A stretch of 51,739 bases of DNA, counting the filler, from Dimargaris cristalligena (Eukaryota), in the NCBI GenBank assembly GCA_003614675.1. It is 3 parts of 3 records of this genome, joined end to end, with 100 filler letters (N's around TTAATTAATTAA, not from the genome) between each part and the next. Parts side by side here need not be neighbours in the genome. Positions count along the whole stretch, not along the records: positions 34,583 to 51,739 come from ML002818.1; 2 more parts are not named here. One strand, given 5' to 3'. A program made the position numbers and the translations under genes. Below the pieces are notes generated by a model. That model had not been told where the DNA came from. It searched no databases and was given only the letters and a program-made list of their open reading frames with translations. Within the stretch, counting starts at the first letter, position 1. Every line of letters begins with the position of its first letter. Shown in pieces: positions 35,801 through 48,440 of this stretch.

Positions 35801-37792
35801 TCAGTACATGAACCCGTTAACTCAGGAAGACATACAAGCGGTGGGGAAGGTGTAACAATCCCATTTTTATTGAAAAGGCCTTAGTGTGGAATGAGGAACC
35901 AACGGGGATGAGCTAAACCGCCAGACCAAGTGAGACCCTCCACGAGTGGTGAAATCTATATTCCCCAGCCACCCGTACCAGGTAACCTCCTTTTCCCTAA
36001 GCATTCCCTAACTGCGAACCTGCGGTGAAAGGGACCTGGTGCTACAGAGAAGCAAGAGCCCCCCCACAACCGAGCTGCCTCGGGTACATGGACACTGCTA
36101 TTACACTTTGACCATTCATTAGTGGTTAATGTCGACGGTAGGATTTAATATCCTTTAGGTTTTCCCTGGCTAGCTTTGCCTTAAAGAGTACATTTTTCAC
36201 CCTGGCCCTTCCAGTGTGGTGGTTGCAAATTACAATCGGAGTCAACAATTAGATTATTGGTAGTCTATTTATCTACAGCCCTCATTGATACTGTTTTAAC
36301 CCACGGGCTTGGTGTTTTGTATAACAACCTTCTTCTGTTCTAATACAACCATATGCATAAACGATTATAGTCGCGACTGATCATCATTGTATTCTCAAAA
36401 CCCGCTGGTATATATTACAGCTTCCTCGGAATTCCAAAGCCAAGCACCCGTTCTAACGTCTCACATTCATTTTTTTAAACGATTATTTTTGCGAAAACTT
36501 TTATAATTTAAAATTCATCATGGTTGACTTTTTGGAGTGTATCGTAAATCTCAATAGCCAATACTTCGCATTTCTAACATCGCCTTTAATACGAAGAACC
36601 AGAACTTCCTATGCCCTACTCTTGACATCCCAAATTCACCGGAGGGCGGTGCTGCCGATGTCATCACTGACCTAATCGACGGGAAAGGGGAGCGTGTCAT
36701 GTACATTACTTACGTCTTCCACTATCGACTCATCATTGGTGGTATCCTCTGAATGATGTGCTATGCTAGCAAAAGGGCAACCCGCATTTTTCACGGGAAA
36801 AGTGAAATTAGAGGCTTACCTGGCTAGCGCTTTAATGGCTACAATGGACGACCTAAGCTCTGCCAAAGAAATTGATAGTTGAAGTAGACCTACGCTTTGC
36901 ATCCTCGGGTTAAGTCGCAGGGCCAGCCCCAGACGCCTGCCGAATGGGCAAAGAAACTGCTCGGTTAAAAAGAAATGCGGAGCAATCACATCCCTTCCAA
37001 AAATTATATTTCCTATATATCCCGGCGGGATAACCACGCCCTTACAACTCAAATAAATGTCAATTCGAGACGCCCATACTTCAGAAGCACCCTACTTTTT
37101 ATACCCTTTATGGTATATTTTTTTAAACAATGGGATTTATTCTTGTTTTCAAATTGTTGTGCTTAGTATATTTAGATTAGCAACTGTCAGTTTATGAGCT
37201 CCAGCTAATGTTGGTACCATGTGCCCTTCAATGCCTATTTGACAAATTCCAGATACCAATTATGTAATGTGATGAATAGTTCTAAACTGTGAGAATAGTG
37301 ACAAGGAGCCAAGCGGCCAAGAAGCACTTTTTTATATACATGCGAGCATCCAAAGCGTATACATAATGCTTTGGTAAGTGTGTTGAGATACAAGTGGCAC
37401 AGGCCTGTCGGAATTGATAGTAGGGGGGGAGTCGAGCATTTTTACAGTAAACCCGCCTACTAGATTGGCCAATTACTTATTTAGATTTAAAAATGAAAGC
37501 GGAAGGGGCTATAATGCCTGGGCTTCTCCAGTCTGTGGTCTGACCTCCTGAAGGGGGCAATCCGATATATTATTTCATCCATCTGCTAGTTGGCATTACC
37601 GATTTCCCGCGTTATTTTTAATAGGACTCACAGTAATTTGGGTAAGCTAAAGGGGTGAATTTAGTGGAATGGGTTCCACTACAATAACCATAACCATAAC
37701 CCTAACCCGCATTTCCTTTTTTTTCCTGTACCGTTTATTTTGTTTATTAATTCTACATTTCGTGTTTGTTACTGACATTTATTGTTGTTGCC

Positions 37793-39005
37793 ATGTCACT
37801 CGTCCCGGATTACGACTCGGATAGCTGCTCCGATTCCGATGCCACCTGCCCATCACCTAAGCGAGATGCTTCGCCCGGCCTTCAGCCATTACTGGCCTCA
37901 GCCACTGCTGCGCCCAGATTTCCAAGGGAATTGCCAGTGTCAATAAAACCCAACCAAGGCCCAGCGCGTGAATACTCCCAGCCGCAATCCCCAGAGTCTG
38001 CTGACGAGCGAGAGACACTTGGTCTCGCGAGTCCCCACAAACGAGCCAAACTCGAGCAGCCCACCACCGGGGGCCTCTCCAACTTACTTTCCTTACTACC
38101 CGCGCCCGTTCGTCGGCCAGCGAAGCAGCCTCCATCGGACCTATCCGACATGAGTCCAGTAGGCGGATCTATAGACAGCTCACCCCTTTTCAAGTCCCGG
38201 ACCCTATCTAGTGTTATAGCTTCGACAGCCCCTACCTCTACCCAGCCCCAACCAACTTCACCCATAGTTGGCCCGCAGTTACCCGCAAACCCCTATACTC
38301 TACCCACTGAACAGTTGCCGACATTGCCAAATGCACCCATGGCAGGGCCACCAAGGCCCGATGTACCGCCCTCGACGGACATGTCCTTTGCTGACCCTTA
38401 CGCTGCTTCCGCGACGGCCAGCTCAGAAGGCTACTACTATGACCCCAGCTATTACCAGTATTATTACGGATACGATTATTCACAGGCCCCATCAGACCCC
38501 TCGGCTGCCCCAACCACTAAGGCCAATGATTTGGATTCCGCCGCGGTAAGTATTCGATTCATCTCGCAGTATTTCTGCATAATTCGAGAGCCCATCCTTA
38601 ACTGCATTCTAAATCGATTTAGCCCCTTCGCCTGCATACCTACCCCAATATCTCCATACTGACCTTTCGCTTTTCATATTCTCTCTCCCTTGGTATACCT
38701 CACTCTAGCTACGGCGCCTGGGTGGCCGCCGAGCCCTAGCAGAGGGTCTCAAATTCCAAGAAGTTGCCCAGTCGGCCCAATTGGTTCAACCAGGCCACCG
38801 CCCGACTGCGCAATTCACGCCAGCCCAGCCGTCCGCTGCTCCCGTGCGGGCCCCGGATCATCTTAAACCCACCCAAGGCCAGAAGCGCAAAAATAACATT
38901 ATGAGTTTAGCTTTTGAATCCATCGAGAACGAGGGCAAGGTGAAGGAATTGTATGCTTCGGGCCGGCAATCCAAACGCGAGACCCAGGCTAAATACGGAT
39001 TTTAA
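37793..39005 (+). CDS. PRCC: PRCC-like proline-rich protein (spliceosome-associated / MAD2B-interacting family), 2 exons: 37793-38545, 38709-39005; about 349 aa
   Basis: N-terminal MSLVPDYDSD, LLSLLPAP, a Pro-rich middle, and the diagnostic C-terminus KPTQGQKRKNNIMSLAF...KRETQAKYGF. Phase-0 GTAAGT...CTAG intron. Confidence 0.82.
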
Positions 39006-39785
39006 ATGATACAGTAGAATTGGTACAGTATAAAATAAAGCCTAAATGGCGTTTTTATTCAATTTAAACGCTCCGAAGATATTTGTCCTTTACCCTGTAT
39101 ACCGTTATTGGGATTTTGGTTAACACCCCTGATTTTGTACCTGGCCCTGCCATTTGCCCCAACTACCACTACCCCCACCTAATCTTGTAAATATAATGTC
39201 GATTGCTAATGGCTCAGGGCATGTTTTATTACATTGGGCCATTTAAAGGATTTGTGATAGGGCATAGTTTAGAGAAACCTAGTGTTGGTATAGCGCGAAT
39301 GGGTAAGCGTTGTTTAGGCCCTTTAATATTTAGCCGATTGCGGCTGTTTATTGGGAAAATGTTTCCTTGATTTTTTAGTCATAACCGGGGGGATGGGAGC
39401 AGTCTAATGCGGATGACGTGATGAGAGAGGGAGCTGATGTAATAATTATCAGGGTTGATCGGCCATTTGGTTATCTGATACCAAGCCCTACTCTGGACGC
39501 AGGCCAGTTTGGACCCTTTGTTCTCCGAATTTCTTCTAGGCTATACCTCTTTTCTTAACAAGTTAACCCAAGTGGAGTGCCTGCCATACATAGTCCTAGA
39601 ATAAGCGTTTACCCTTGTCCTTCTCTTTCTCAATGCTGTTGGTTTTTACTAGTAGCTAAGTCCATTCGCCGAATTAAGCACATTACCTCAACGCAATTGC
39701 CCATACCATAGAAGCGCGACACAACCCTCACTTCCTCAATTACCCAAGTTCCTTTATTGCACCCCAGTCACGTTGCATTGTTGCC

Positions 39786-41259
39786 ATGGTTTCTAAAACT
39801 AGGTCATTCACCTTGCCGGACGGCGTCCTTGACTTTATTGCGGGAAGTGTGGCCGGTGCAGGACAAACCGCCGTGGGCCAGCCATTCGACACTGTCAAGG
39901 TATGCTACTTTACTCAGACCCTCTAGAAAACGCCGACTCCCCCCTTACTCCTACCTAGTACCTCAAGGTACTCAAACCTTCCCCCCCTTCCTCGCTTGGC
40001 CTTTCGTACCTGGCCCTATACCTGCCGGGGTATGCTTAACTACGCCATTGTCTAACCGAGTAAGTCAATGCCGCTCACACACACTACTGTCAATTAGACG
40101 CGACTTCAAATTGAAGGGCAGTCGAGCCGGTTCAAAGGCCCCTTAGACTGTGTTTTACAAACCATTCGGAAAGAAGGTGTACTCAGTCTCTATAAAGGTA
40201 CGTCTCACTATCAATGGATCTGGTGGGTGGTTACTTCGTTCACTTTGCGAAAAATAAATGTTGGTGTGCCTTTAATTAACCCTCAAACATGGGACGGCCA
40301 ATTGGCAATGTATGTGAATGGCTTTATATATGTTTTCTAGGAATGTTATCCCCGCTTCTCGGGATATCCGCTGTCAACGCCGTGTTGTTCGCCACCTATT
40401 CCCGACTTAAAGAACTTCAAAAGTCAAGCGCGTCCGATCAACTTAAGCTCTATCAAATTGCCCTGGCCGGGGGCGGTGCAGGTAGGACCGACCATTACTG
40501 AATTACACCGTTTTCTACGCGAGCCCAGTCACCATAAATATTGACCGGGGGCTCTTTAGGGCTCACCCTTGAATACCCAATCCAGCGACTGTTGCATACT
40601 AACCAGCACCCATCACTTGAATCGAAATCACATCAATTTTATTGGCACCGCCCTGGGGGGGGGGGTTACCAGGGGCTGCCAATAGTATCATTATCTCACC
40701 CGTGGAGCTACTCAAGATCCGCCTCCAAGGGCAGTACGGCTCCAGAAGCTCGAACATCCCTACTGGTACCATATCCACACCCATCCAACCATATTATCGA
40801 GGCCCATCCCAGCTCGCCCGGGACTTGTGTCGCTCCCAAGGTCTCCGCCGCGGCCTTTTTCGGGGGTTTTGGGCTACTCTATTCCGCGAAATTCCGGCTA
40901 ATATGGGATTTTATGCAGGGTTCGAAGCAGCCAAGCGCTGGTTGGCGAACGATCAGTACGATGCTAACTCGTTACCCGTGAGCCGCTTGTTACTAGCGGG
41001 GGCCTGCGGGGGTATCAGCTATTGGACCGTATGCTACCCGATGGATATCATCAAATCGCGGGTTCAGTTCTCCACTAGCCCGTTGCGGCGGCCGCTAAGT
41101 TACATTGCCGATACGGCCCGACAGATCTACCGGGAAGGGGGACTCCGGGCGTTTACTAGGGGCTTAACCCCCACCCTTCTCCGAAGTTTGCCTGCCGCGG
41201 CGACGACCTTCTCTTTGTATGAGCTTTCCTCTAATTATTTAAAACAGGGGTTTTCGTAG
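39786..41259 (+). CDS. Mitochondrial carrier (SLC25; carnitine/basic amino acid carrier group, Ymc1/Crc1-like), 4 exons: 39786-39899, 40098-40197, 40341-40481, 40673-41259; 313 aa
   Basis: Three PxD/ExxKxR signatures: QPFDTVK|TRLQ, SPVELLKIRLQ and YPMDIIKSRVQ. Contact motifs REIP and RSLP. Exons sum to 942 nt and introns are GT-AG. Confidence 0.9.
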
Positions 41260-41606
41260 ATTGTCCGTGTTATACAAGAGATAATTATATCGACGGTCGG
41301 AATGATTGCCCTAGTTTATTCGGAATTATCGGCTAAGATATATCTTCAGCTAGAAATAGCCTAAACCTATCCCTGATAAAACCAACTCCGGGATTACAGG
41401 GGCTTGAGCCTCGGCGACCCCACTCTGCACCTATAAAAAAACAAGTAAGCTGTATTATTAACCGTTTATTGGTAGTAGAAATGACATGCCCCAGTAAAGG
41501 TGGCTGGTGTAATTGATGAGCAAGAGGGAAATGTTAAGTTGAGAGCCATCCCCATAGATCCGAGGAATTGTCTCATCCAAGAGCCCGAGTGCACAGTCCA
41601 GATTGC

Positions 41607-42574
41607 TTATTTGTTGACCTTGTTAAAGTACTCCTGGGAGTCATTAGGGGTGGGCTTGATAGTATCGGCCCCCTTGGTCCAGTTAGCGGGGCACACTTCA
41701 CCGTGCTCGGCGTGGAATTGCAGGGCCTCGACCAAACGGAGGGTTTCATCCACGGAGCGCCCGATGGGCAAATCGTTCACATGGGCGATGCGGACATTAC
41801 CCGTGGGGTCAATGATGAACAAACCGCGCAGCGCCACCCCGGCCCCTTTTAAGAGCACCCCGTAGTCGCGGGCGATAGTTTTGGTGATATCGGAAACCAA
41901 GGGGATCTGCATGGGGCCGAGACCGCCCCGGGCCCGCGGCAGCTGGGTCCACGCCAGGTGCGCGAATTCGCTATCGACCGATACGCCCACCACTTGGGTG
42001 TTCAGGCGTTCAAAGTCGGCGGCCCGGTCACTGAAGGCAACCAACTCGGTGGGACACACAAAGGTAAAGTCCAGGGGGTAGAAGACCATCACGACGTACT
42101 TGCCCTGGTAGTCAGCCAGCGACAAGCTCTTGATCTCGCCATCAACAACGGCTTGGCTGGTCCAGGCAGGGGCGGTACTCTATCGGTAGAGACAGTACAA
42201 TGGGTAGAGAGATTAGTGGGCCAAACGGTGCGGAAAAGAAGCGTCCTATTCCACCGAGCACGGCCAGGGCCAAATTGCCAGTCTTCTAAAGAGTTAGATT
42301 TGAGTTAAGAACGCGTGGGTAGAATATTCCTGCCTATTAAGGCCGGAGTACTGTTACCGAAATAACTAATATATAGCTGGGAAAGTCGTTGCCGTAAACT
42401 TACTTGAACGAGCGATCTTTTCCAGGCCGGGCTGGTGGCGAAACCACGACTGAGAAGGCCGGACTGGCTGGACGACCATACAGCACGCTGGGTAATGCTT
42501 TGGCGGGTCAGCGAAGTAGAGGGGGTGGCAACACGACCAGCGACGCGGGCAACTGAGTTCAGGATAGAGCGCAT
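41607..42574 (-). CDS. Typical 2-Cys peroxiredoxin (AhpC/Prx1 family) with a mitochondrial presequence, 2 exons: 42574-42404, 42179-41607; 247 aa
   Basis: [13 protein letters not shown] (peroxidatic Cys), GEVCPANW (resolving Cys), GGLG and YF motifs. Exon 1 is Arg/Ser-rich with no acidic residues and contains RGFA. Confidence 0.92.
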
Positions 42575-45336
42575 TTTGAATTGAGCGGGCTGGAAATCAA
42601 ACAGGTAATTAAAGGAGTAGGTGAATGTAAAGAAGCCTCTGGGTTAGAAGGGTGATTCAGAAATGGGAAAGTCAATTACAGGTCGTCTCAACCGTGAAAA
42701 CTTACCCATACCTTGGCTTGAGTGACTGGTGATGGCGACCTGAATCCCAAGTGTGGGAAGCCTCATAATCTGATAGTAGTGACTAGAAAGGAGGTCTCCA
42801 CCAATCATACAGTCGTGGGATAAACGGAGGAGTAAATTTACCCAAATATATTTAATACGCAGAAAGCCCACCAAAGCATTGCATTATCAGAATTGTAAGT
42901 GTGTCTTGATACAGCAGTACTTGGTCAATATGGCATTATTCTAATCAATTGACATGTCCCAGCCCAACGATTAAAGCCAATCCAATGTGTAGACTTGGCT
43001 GCTTTATAATCATGCCCGCTTATCGGGGGATACGCACATGTATAAATGGTATCACCCTGGCCAAATCAGACAACACTCTGACCGCTGCTTACTCCCCTTT
43101 TACAGCAACCATAATTGGATTTAATGGTCCGAACTATTCCCGTAAGCGGTGCTTAAATCTTCGAGTAAAACGGGTCGTGGGGGCTCTATTGCCACCGGAC
43201 AGGTGGGACAGACCCACCGCCCAACTCCCCAAGACATTGCCAGACCCCGCCAATGGAAACACGCTGCTGAGTCTTCGCTCTATCAACACCCCTCCACCAG
43301 ACAAACAGTGAACAGCTACTGCCCCAATAAGCCAGTTGAGAGAGTTAGGGCTATAGGATGCAAATTGATTTATGCCGCCCCGGGTCTTTTATACTAGCAG
43401 TCTTGGCTCTACTCAACCTGCCGACTATACCAACCCATACCTTGCACCAAATTTCTTGTCAACGGGTTAAAAAGTCTCCCTTTACCAACCAGCTTTAGTC
43501 TTTGTATTGGCCATCACCAGGTTCGCTAACTTTTTGAGACAGTTGGCGCCCTGGTACTCTATATATACTTATGTTTAACCTAACCAGCGTACAACGAATC
43601 CTTTTTAAAAGGAAAAATGATACACCTACAGTCGTAACAAAAAGGAAAGCCCTCGTCAGTGGGGAATTAACCCCCAGTCTTCCGCGTAACAGATGGAGAT
43701 ACTCACCACTATACGACTGAAGGTTTCATCCCGAGATGCCAACTTGCTGTATCCACGGGGAGGCTATGTGTCTCATTGGGACGAAGCCTTGGGGTCTAAG
43801 ACCTTTCCCTCACCCGAAATACTTATTTACCATGACGGTTCATATCAATATCAATAAAGTCTAGCCGATACTGCCGAAGGTTTCTTGAAATAATATATTT
43901 AATACAATGTATACAGTCCAGCTAAAAGTAAAAGATGCGGCTTTTCTCGAGCCCTATCGATTCCAAGACTTTTTTTTTGGGGGGGGCAATTTGGTTGAAC
44001 CAACCCTACGAGGTGGAAGTCACTTCAATACCCATTAGTTATAGTATTCGGTACAGCCCCACTGCTCTGAAGCGCCGAGTAACTGCTATTAGCCAGCTAT
44101 TTGTATATTTCTCGCCACATTAGTGAATTAAACCCTTATATCCTCAAATTCGAATCATACCCGTCAATTTGATAATCGGCCATTGAAAGGCCATCTCTTA
44201 GTTAGTATGGATGAAAACCAACGAATTCGTATGATTTTAGATGCTGTATGGGGAAATAGACGAGACATTTATGTTTAACTAGCAAAACCAGCCACATTCA
44301 CTGGATTACTCACTATATATCCTAATTTATTCTCTAACATATCCATTATTTTAGCCCAATAGGAAACATTGGCAGATACAGGTATGTATTCAATTACAAC
44401 GCAACGTGCGTGGATATATCCATGGATTAGCCGGGATTTCGGACAGGATTGGAGACTGGACTGCACTCTTTTTTAGCAGCATGTCGAAGTTTAGCTCTTT
44501 ATCGAAATACCAAAGCGGCAAGTAAGTTGGCACTTGGGGTAACTGAGGTTGTTTTATTGTGGAGTATCCAACGAAAAAAGGCCAGCAAAAGTAGACTCAA
44601 GGCAGGAGCAGCTATTAAACGGAGTGGGATGCGGCCTTTGCCTTGCATTGGTGGTACACTTTATCGGCCCAGGCTTTCAAAATCATTAGTAATAAATTAA
44701 AATTAAACCGGTAAACTAGTGGAACAGGGAAGGGAGAGTAGAGTCACCGAAAATTGTCTTTCAGTTTTGGACTTTCCTCAATCAGCGAACGGGTTGGGTA
44801 ACCCACCCCTTGTCCTCTGATTTAAGAATCCCGGCCCTCTCCCCCCTTTTACTACCGGCCCCTTGCCTCTTCCATATCCCCTCCCTTTATATTGCCATAT
44901 CGGTTCAAGAGGCACAAGGGCCGACGAAACGCGAATTCATTGTATAACAGGGACCGTCCCAAAGTAGACGGTGGCTTTATTCTCATTTGAAAGCACAGTG
45001 AACCGGCTGAGGGTTTACCCTACCTGCTCTCTTTATATAATATAAAACCAACACATGTAAATTGAATAATTTAATGAAGGAGGTACGTGTAGGCGTGCCG
45101 TACTATCCAAAAAAAATCCACTGGACCCCGACTCTAATGCCTAGACCTTGTCCAGGTGGCTGGCTTGGTTGGAAGACCCTGGCCCTTAGACAGTGGGATA
45201 AATATATTAAGTATTTGAATCCAAAGGGATTGAATCTATATGATATGTGTAACAAAATATTAAGGGTGAAATTTAGCTGGTGAGCCCATTTTTTCCTCGC
45301 TGGCTCAAATCTATTGAACACAGCCTCCCCTTTCCC

Positions 45337-45344
45337 TATAAATA
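45337..45344 (+). promoter_or_regulatory. TATA box of the secreted-peptide gene at 45512
   Basis: TATAAATA about 170 nt upstream of the ATG, in a C-rich context and followed by a pyrimidine-rich leader. Confidence 0.5.
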
Positions 45345-45511
45345 CCCTACCGCCCACCCCCTTCTCTGATCAAAACCATCACCATCCTTCTCTCTCCCAC
45401 TTCACCCCACCATCCCCTGTAGCTTTACAGTCTTTCTACCCTACCTAACCAAGGAACTTGTCAATTACTCGTCCTTCTTCCACCCCACTCTCTCCCTCCT
45501 TCACCCTCACT

Positions 45512-45820
45512 ATGAAGCTTCTGCCATCCCTCGCCCTCGTCCTGGCCGCCATTGGTACCGTGTCCATGGTCCACGCCAACCCCGCCACTACCGAAGACAG
45601 TACCGGCCACCAGCCCCATCTGCAGAAGCGCTGGTTCCGCTCCGGTCTGACCAGGGCTAGTGCTGGTTTGGCCGGTGCTGCCGCGGGCACAGCCGTCCTC
45701 CCGGTGGTTGGTACCGTCATTGGTGGAATTGGCGGTCTGTACGGTGGTGACAAGTTGGTCAAGGGTTATCGTCAGTGGCGTGACAAGCGAAAGGCCGCCA
45801 AAGCCGCCGGCCAGCAGTAG
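45512..45820 (+). CDS. Small secreted prepropeptide (102 aa): signal peptide, propeptide, KR site, then a 62-aa cationic glycine-zipper peptide
   Basis: MKLLPSLALVLAAIGTVSMVHA|NPATTEDSTGHQPHLQKR|WFRSGLTRASAGLAGAAAGTAVLPVVGTVIGGIGGLYGGDKLVKGYRQWRDKRKAAKAAGQQ. Strong C-ending codon bias and an upstream TATA box. Confidence 0.8.
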   Translation: MKLLPSLALVLAAIGTVSMVHANPATTEDSTGHQPHLQKRWFRSGLTRASAGLAGAAAGTAVLPVVGTVIGGIGGLYGGDKLVKGYRQWRDKRKAAKAAGQQ

Positions 45821-46851
45821 GAAAGGCACTGACCGTTAACTTCGCTTCGCTAGGCCAGCCGCCACCACCATTATATAACCCAAACCCTTTGCGCTTTTGT
45901 TCCTAGACCAGCAGCAGTGCCCCCGTTCCCCTGCTGTGGCCCCCTTTGTAAATTTCCGTCCTTTATGTACAAGCCTATTTTTATATATGATGATTTCTTA
46001 AGGATCAATTGGCCCCGTGTTTGGCCATTATCTATGGGTCTTGACTTGCAGCACCCTACAGTGAGAAGTGCGTTTTAATTCGCATGTCTAAAATTCAATA
46101 AATTTTGCCTTGGATTTCTTATCGAGTACAGTAAGTTTTATGCTTGAAGGATGCTGTGTTCCATAATGTAGATCAAACGTCCGGGCTATTAAATGTATTT
46201 CTTACCCTTGGGCTCAAGAATATAACCTGTAGACGGTTCTTCAATAAAAATTCCTTTAAGGAACTGGTTACTACCCTTTACGCAGAGAGGATGTATTAAT
46301 ATAATTGGCGGTCCAAGATACAGTTAATGGAAATAATACAATACAGGGGGATATGGCTAGCACTGACAACTTACAATTCTTGAGAGTAATTAGACATTGG
46401 TGCTGCAGTAGTGAGTCAAAATGGGCGTCCTAAAATTTAGACATACAACCTTACAGCAGCAGTATTGAGTATTTTTATTACTTTGAAAGTAGTATCAGGT
46501 ATATTATAGGCCTTATAGCTACTAGATAGAATAATAGATGCGGTTTAGTAATCTGGCTACTCACAGCCCGATCCGGTACATATCCTATTTAATAAAAAAT
46601 AAAAATGCAAACAGAGGGGCTAACAACGGACCAGCATAACAAAATAAGGCTTGGTCATTAATTACCAAGTGTGGGAACCTAAGGGTCAAAAAACCCCAGA
46701 TCCGGCCTACCTTTCTAATCCACTATTTTAATGGTATCAATTAGTCTCCGATCAAGCTTTGGTATTTGGTGATCAGTTTAGCCAACATAAAGAACGGTCA
46801 ATTTAACAGTCACGGACTATTCCCGAGGGCAACGGATCATAAATGCAGATA

Positions 46852-47682
46852 TTGGTGAAATTCAACCCAGTTGAATAATATTATTCATGATATATGGTAT
46901 GGGGAAATATGCGGACGATTCATATTTAACCAGTAGCATTTATCTCATCCAACAGGCTTTTCATTCATTAAACAGCCTGGTTGAACATCTCCCATATGGT
47001 GAGAGCGATGGAAAGTACATAAGGGGAATGTTATATTCGACTTTCTACGATCACATGGCTTACTCGCCTTAACCTACCACCCCTCTTCGCTCCTCTCTAC
47101 CTCTGTGCTTTACCATTTGGTTGTTGAATTTCTTCCACAGCATAAAAGTTTTGGACTTGTTTATTCACATTAAAGTGGTCAGTTGATCGGGACAAATTTT
47201 ACAGCAGTAGCCCATCTGATACACCAACCACTGGTCTAATGATGAGACAGCTCACAAATACCAACACATTGCTCTTATAAATAATGCCTATTTTCAGGAA
47301 TTTGAAGGCGGTTATTATATTTCGTCATTCGATCCGTCCTAAGAATTAGAGTGGGTTTATCTATCCCTCAAATCCCCTTCTTTCCCTTCACATACTGACG
47401 TGCCACATGTTCAGATGTAAGCGGTACTCGCTTACATATCATGTTGTTTGACCGTAAACTGAAATCTCCACCATAAAACTACATCATACTATACCCGGCC
47501 GCCGTCAGTACCATGATTCCCATAATTATAAAACCATATGGATGAAATTCAAACCAACTGTATAAGGCTTTACATAATATGTGTATGGGCAAACATATGT
47601 GGGAATAGCTTTTAACCAGTAATATTGGCCTCATCCAACGGATTTTTCATTATACAGCCTGAATGAACTTCTCCCATATATA
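46852..47682 (+). repeat. Diverged direct repeat of about 145 bp (46852-46997 and 47538-47682)
   Basis: Shared blocks in the same order: tgaaattcaa, gtatggg.aaa, tttaaccagta, ctcatccaac, ttttcatt, acagcctg, tgaac.tctcccatat. Confidence 0.7.
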
Positions 47683-48189
47683 GCCCTAAGCCTTGCAACT
47701 ACAGTTAATGTTTTGAATGGTGGATAAATAATGGCATTGGAAGTACTTTATAAAATATGACGGTTAGGAATGCCTTTATATTTCCCTTCCCCAAACGAAT
47801 CAACGGGTAGGACACAATCCACGTGTGTAACATTGTTGCCGTGGCCCACCACATCCCGACCTAACGCCTGCCTTCAGTCATTCGAATAAATATAATAATT
47901 AACGTATGCACACCATAGGGTAATGTTATTTGAAACCAATTTGGATGGCTACCAATCAATAAACCAACGTGACGCCCAATAGGATAAGGGAACAAACGAT
48001 TGCATCGCAGCTTAGGACAGCATGTCAATAACAGCCAAAATTCCCAGATACTTGGCAACGTTCACCGCCGAAATGGGTGAGGGGCATTCGTTAAAATACA
48101 AGGCGGGGTTTTTTATTAGCAGGATACACATATATGGTCACAATATAAACGAGCGCAGAAAATGGTGGAAGTGGTGGAGGGAGGGAGGG

Positions 48190-48223
<34 letters not shown>

Positions 48224-48440
48224 ACGCGGTGGTAATATGGGGCGGGGATTCCATTACTAAACTGGGATGAATATCTGTTCGCATGAGGAAAAATAACGGA
48301 GTGGCACGTCGATGGTGGCCTCTGGCTAAAGAAGACTTCAGTGGGATTGATCCACCTTGTTACTACCCAAAGCCAAAACGACCTATACATAGGCTGTAAA
48401 TGTGACTTCCATACCACCGTTAAATTGGAAGGTAGTTCGG

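Noticed and set aside
36400-37100. Minus-strand donor-like motifs (gtaagt, gtaagc) suggesting a hidden spliced gene
   Set aside because: I could not assemble an open, recognisable CDS.
48192-48222. Poly-G tract (poly-Gly/poly-Pro ORFs, G-quadruplex potential)
   Set aside because: A simple homopolymer downstream of the cyclin stop codon, so the ORFs are artefacts.
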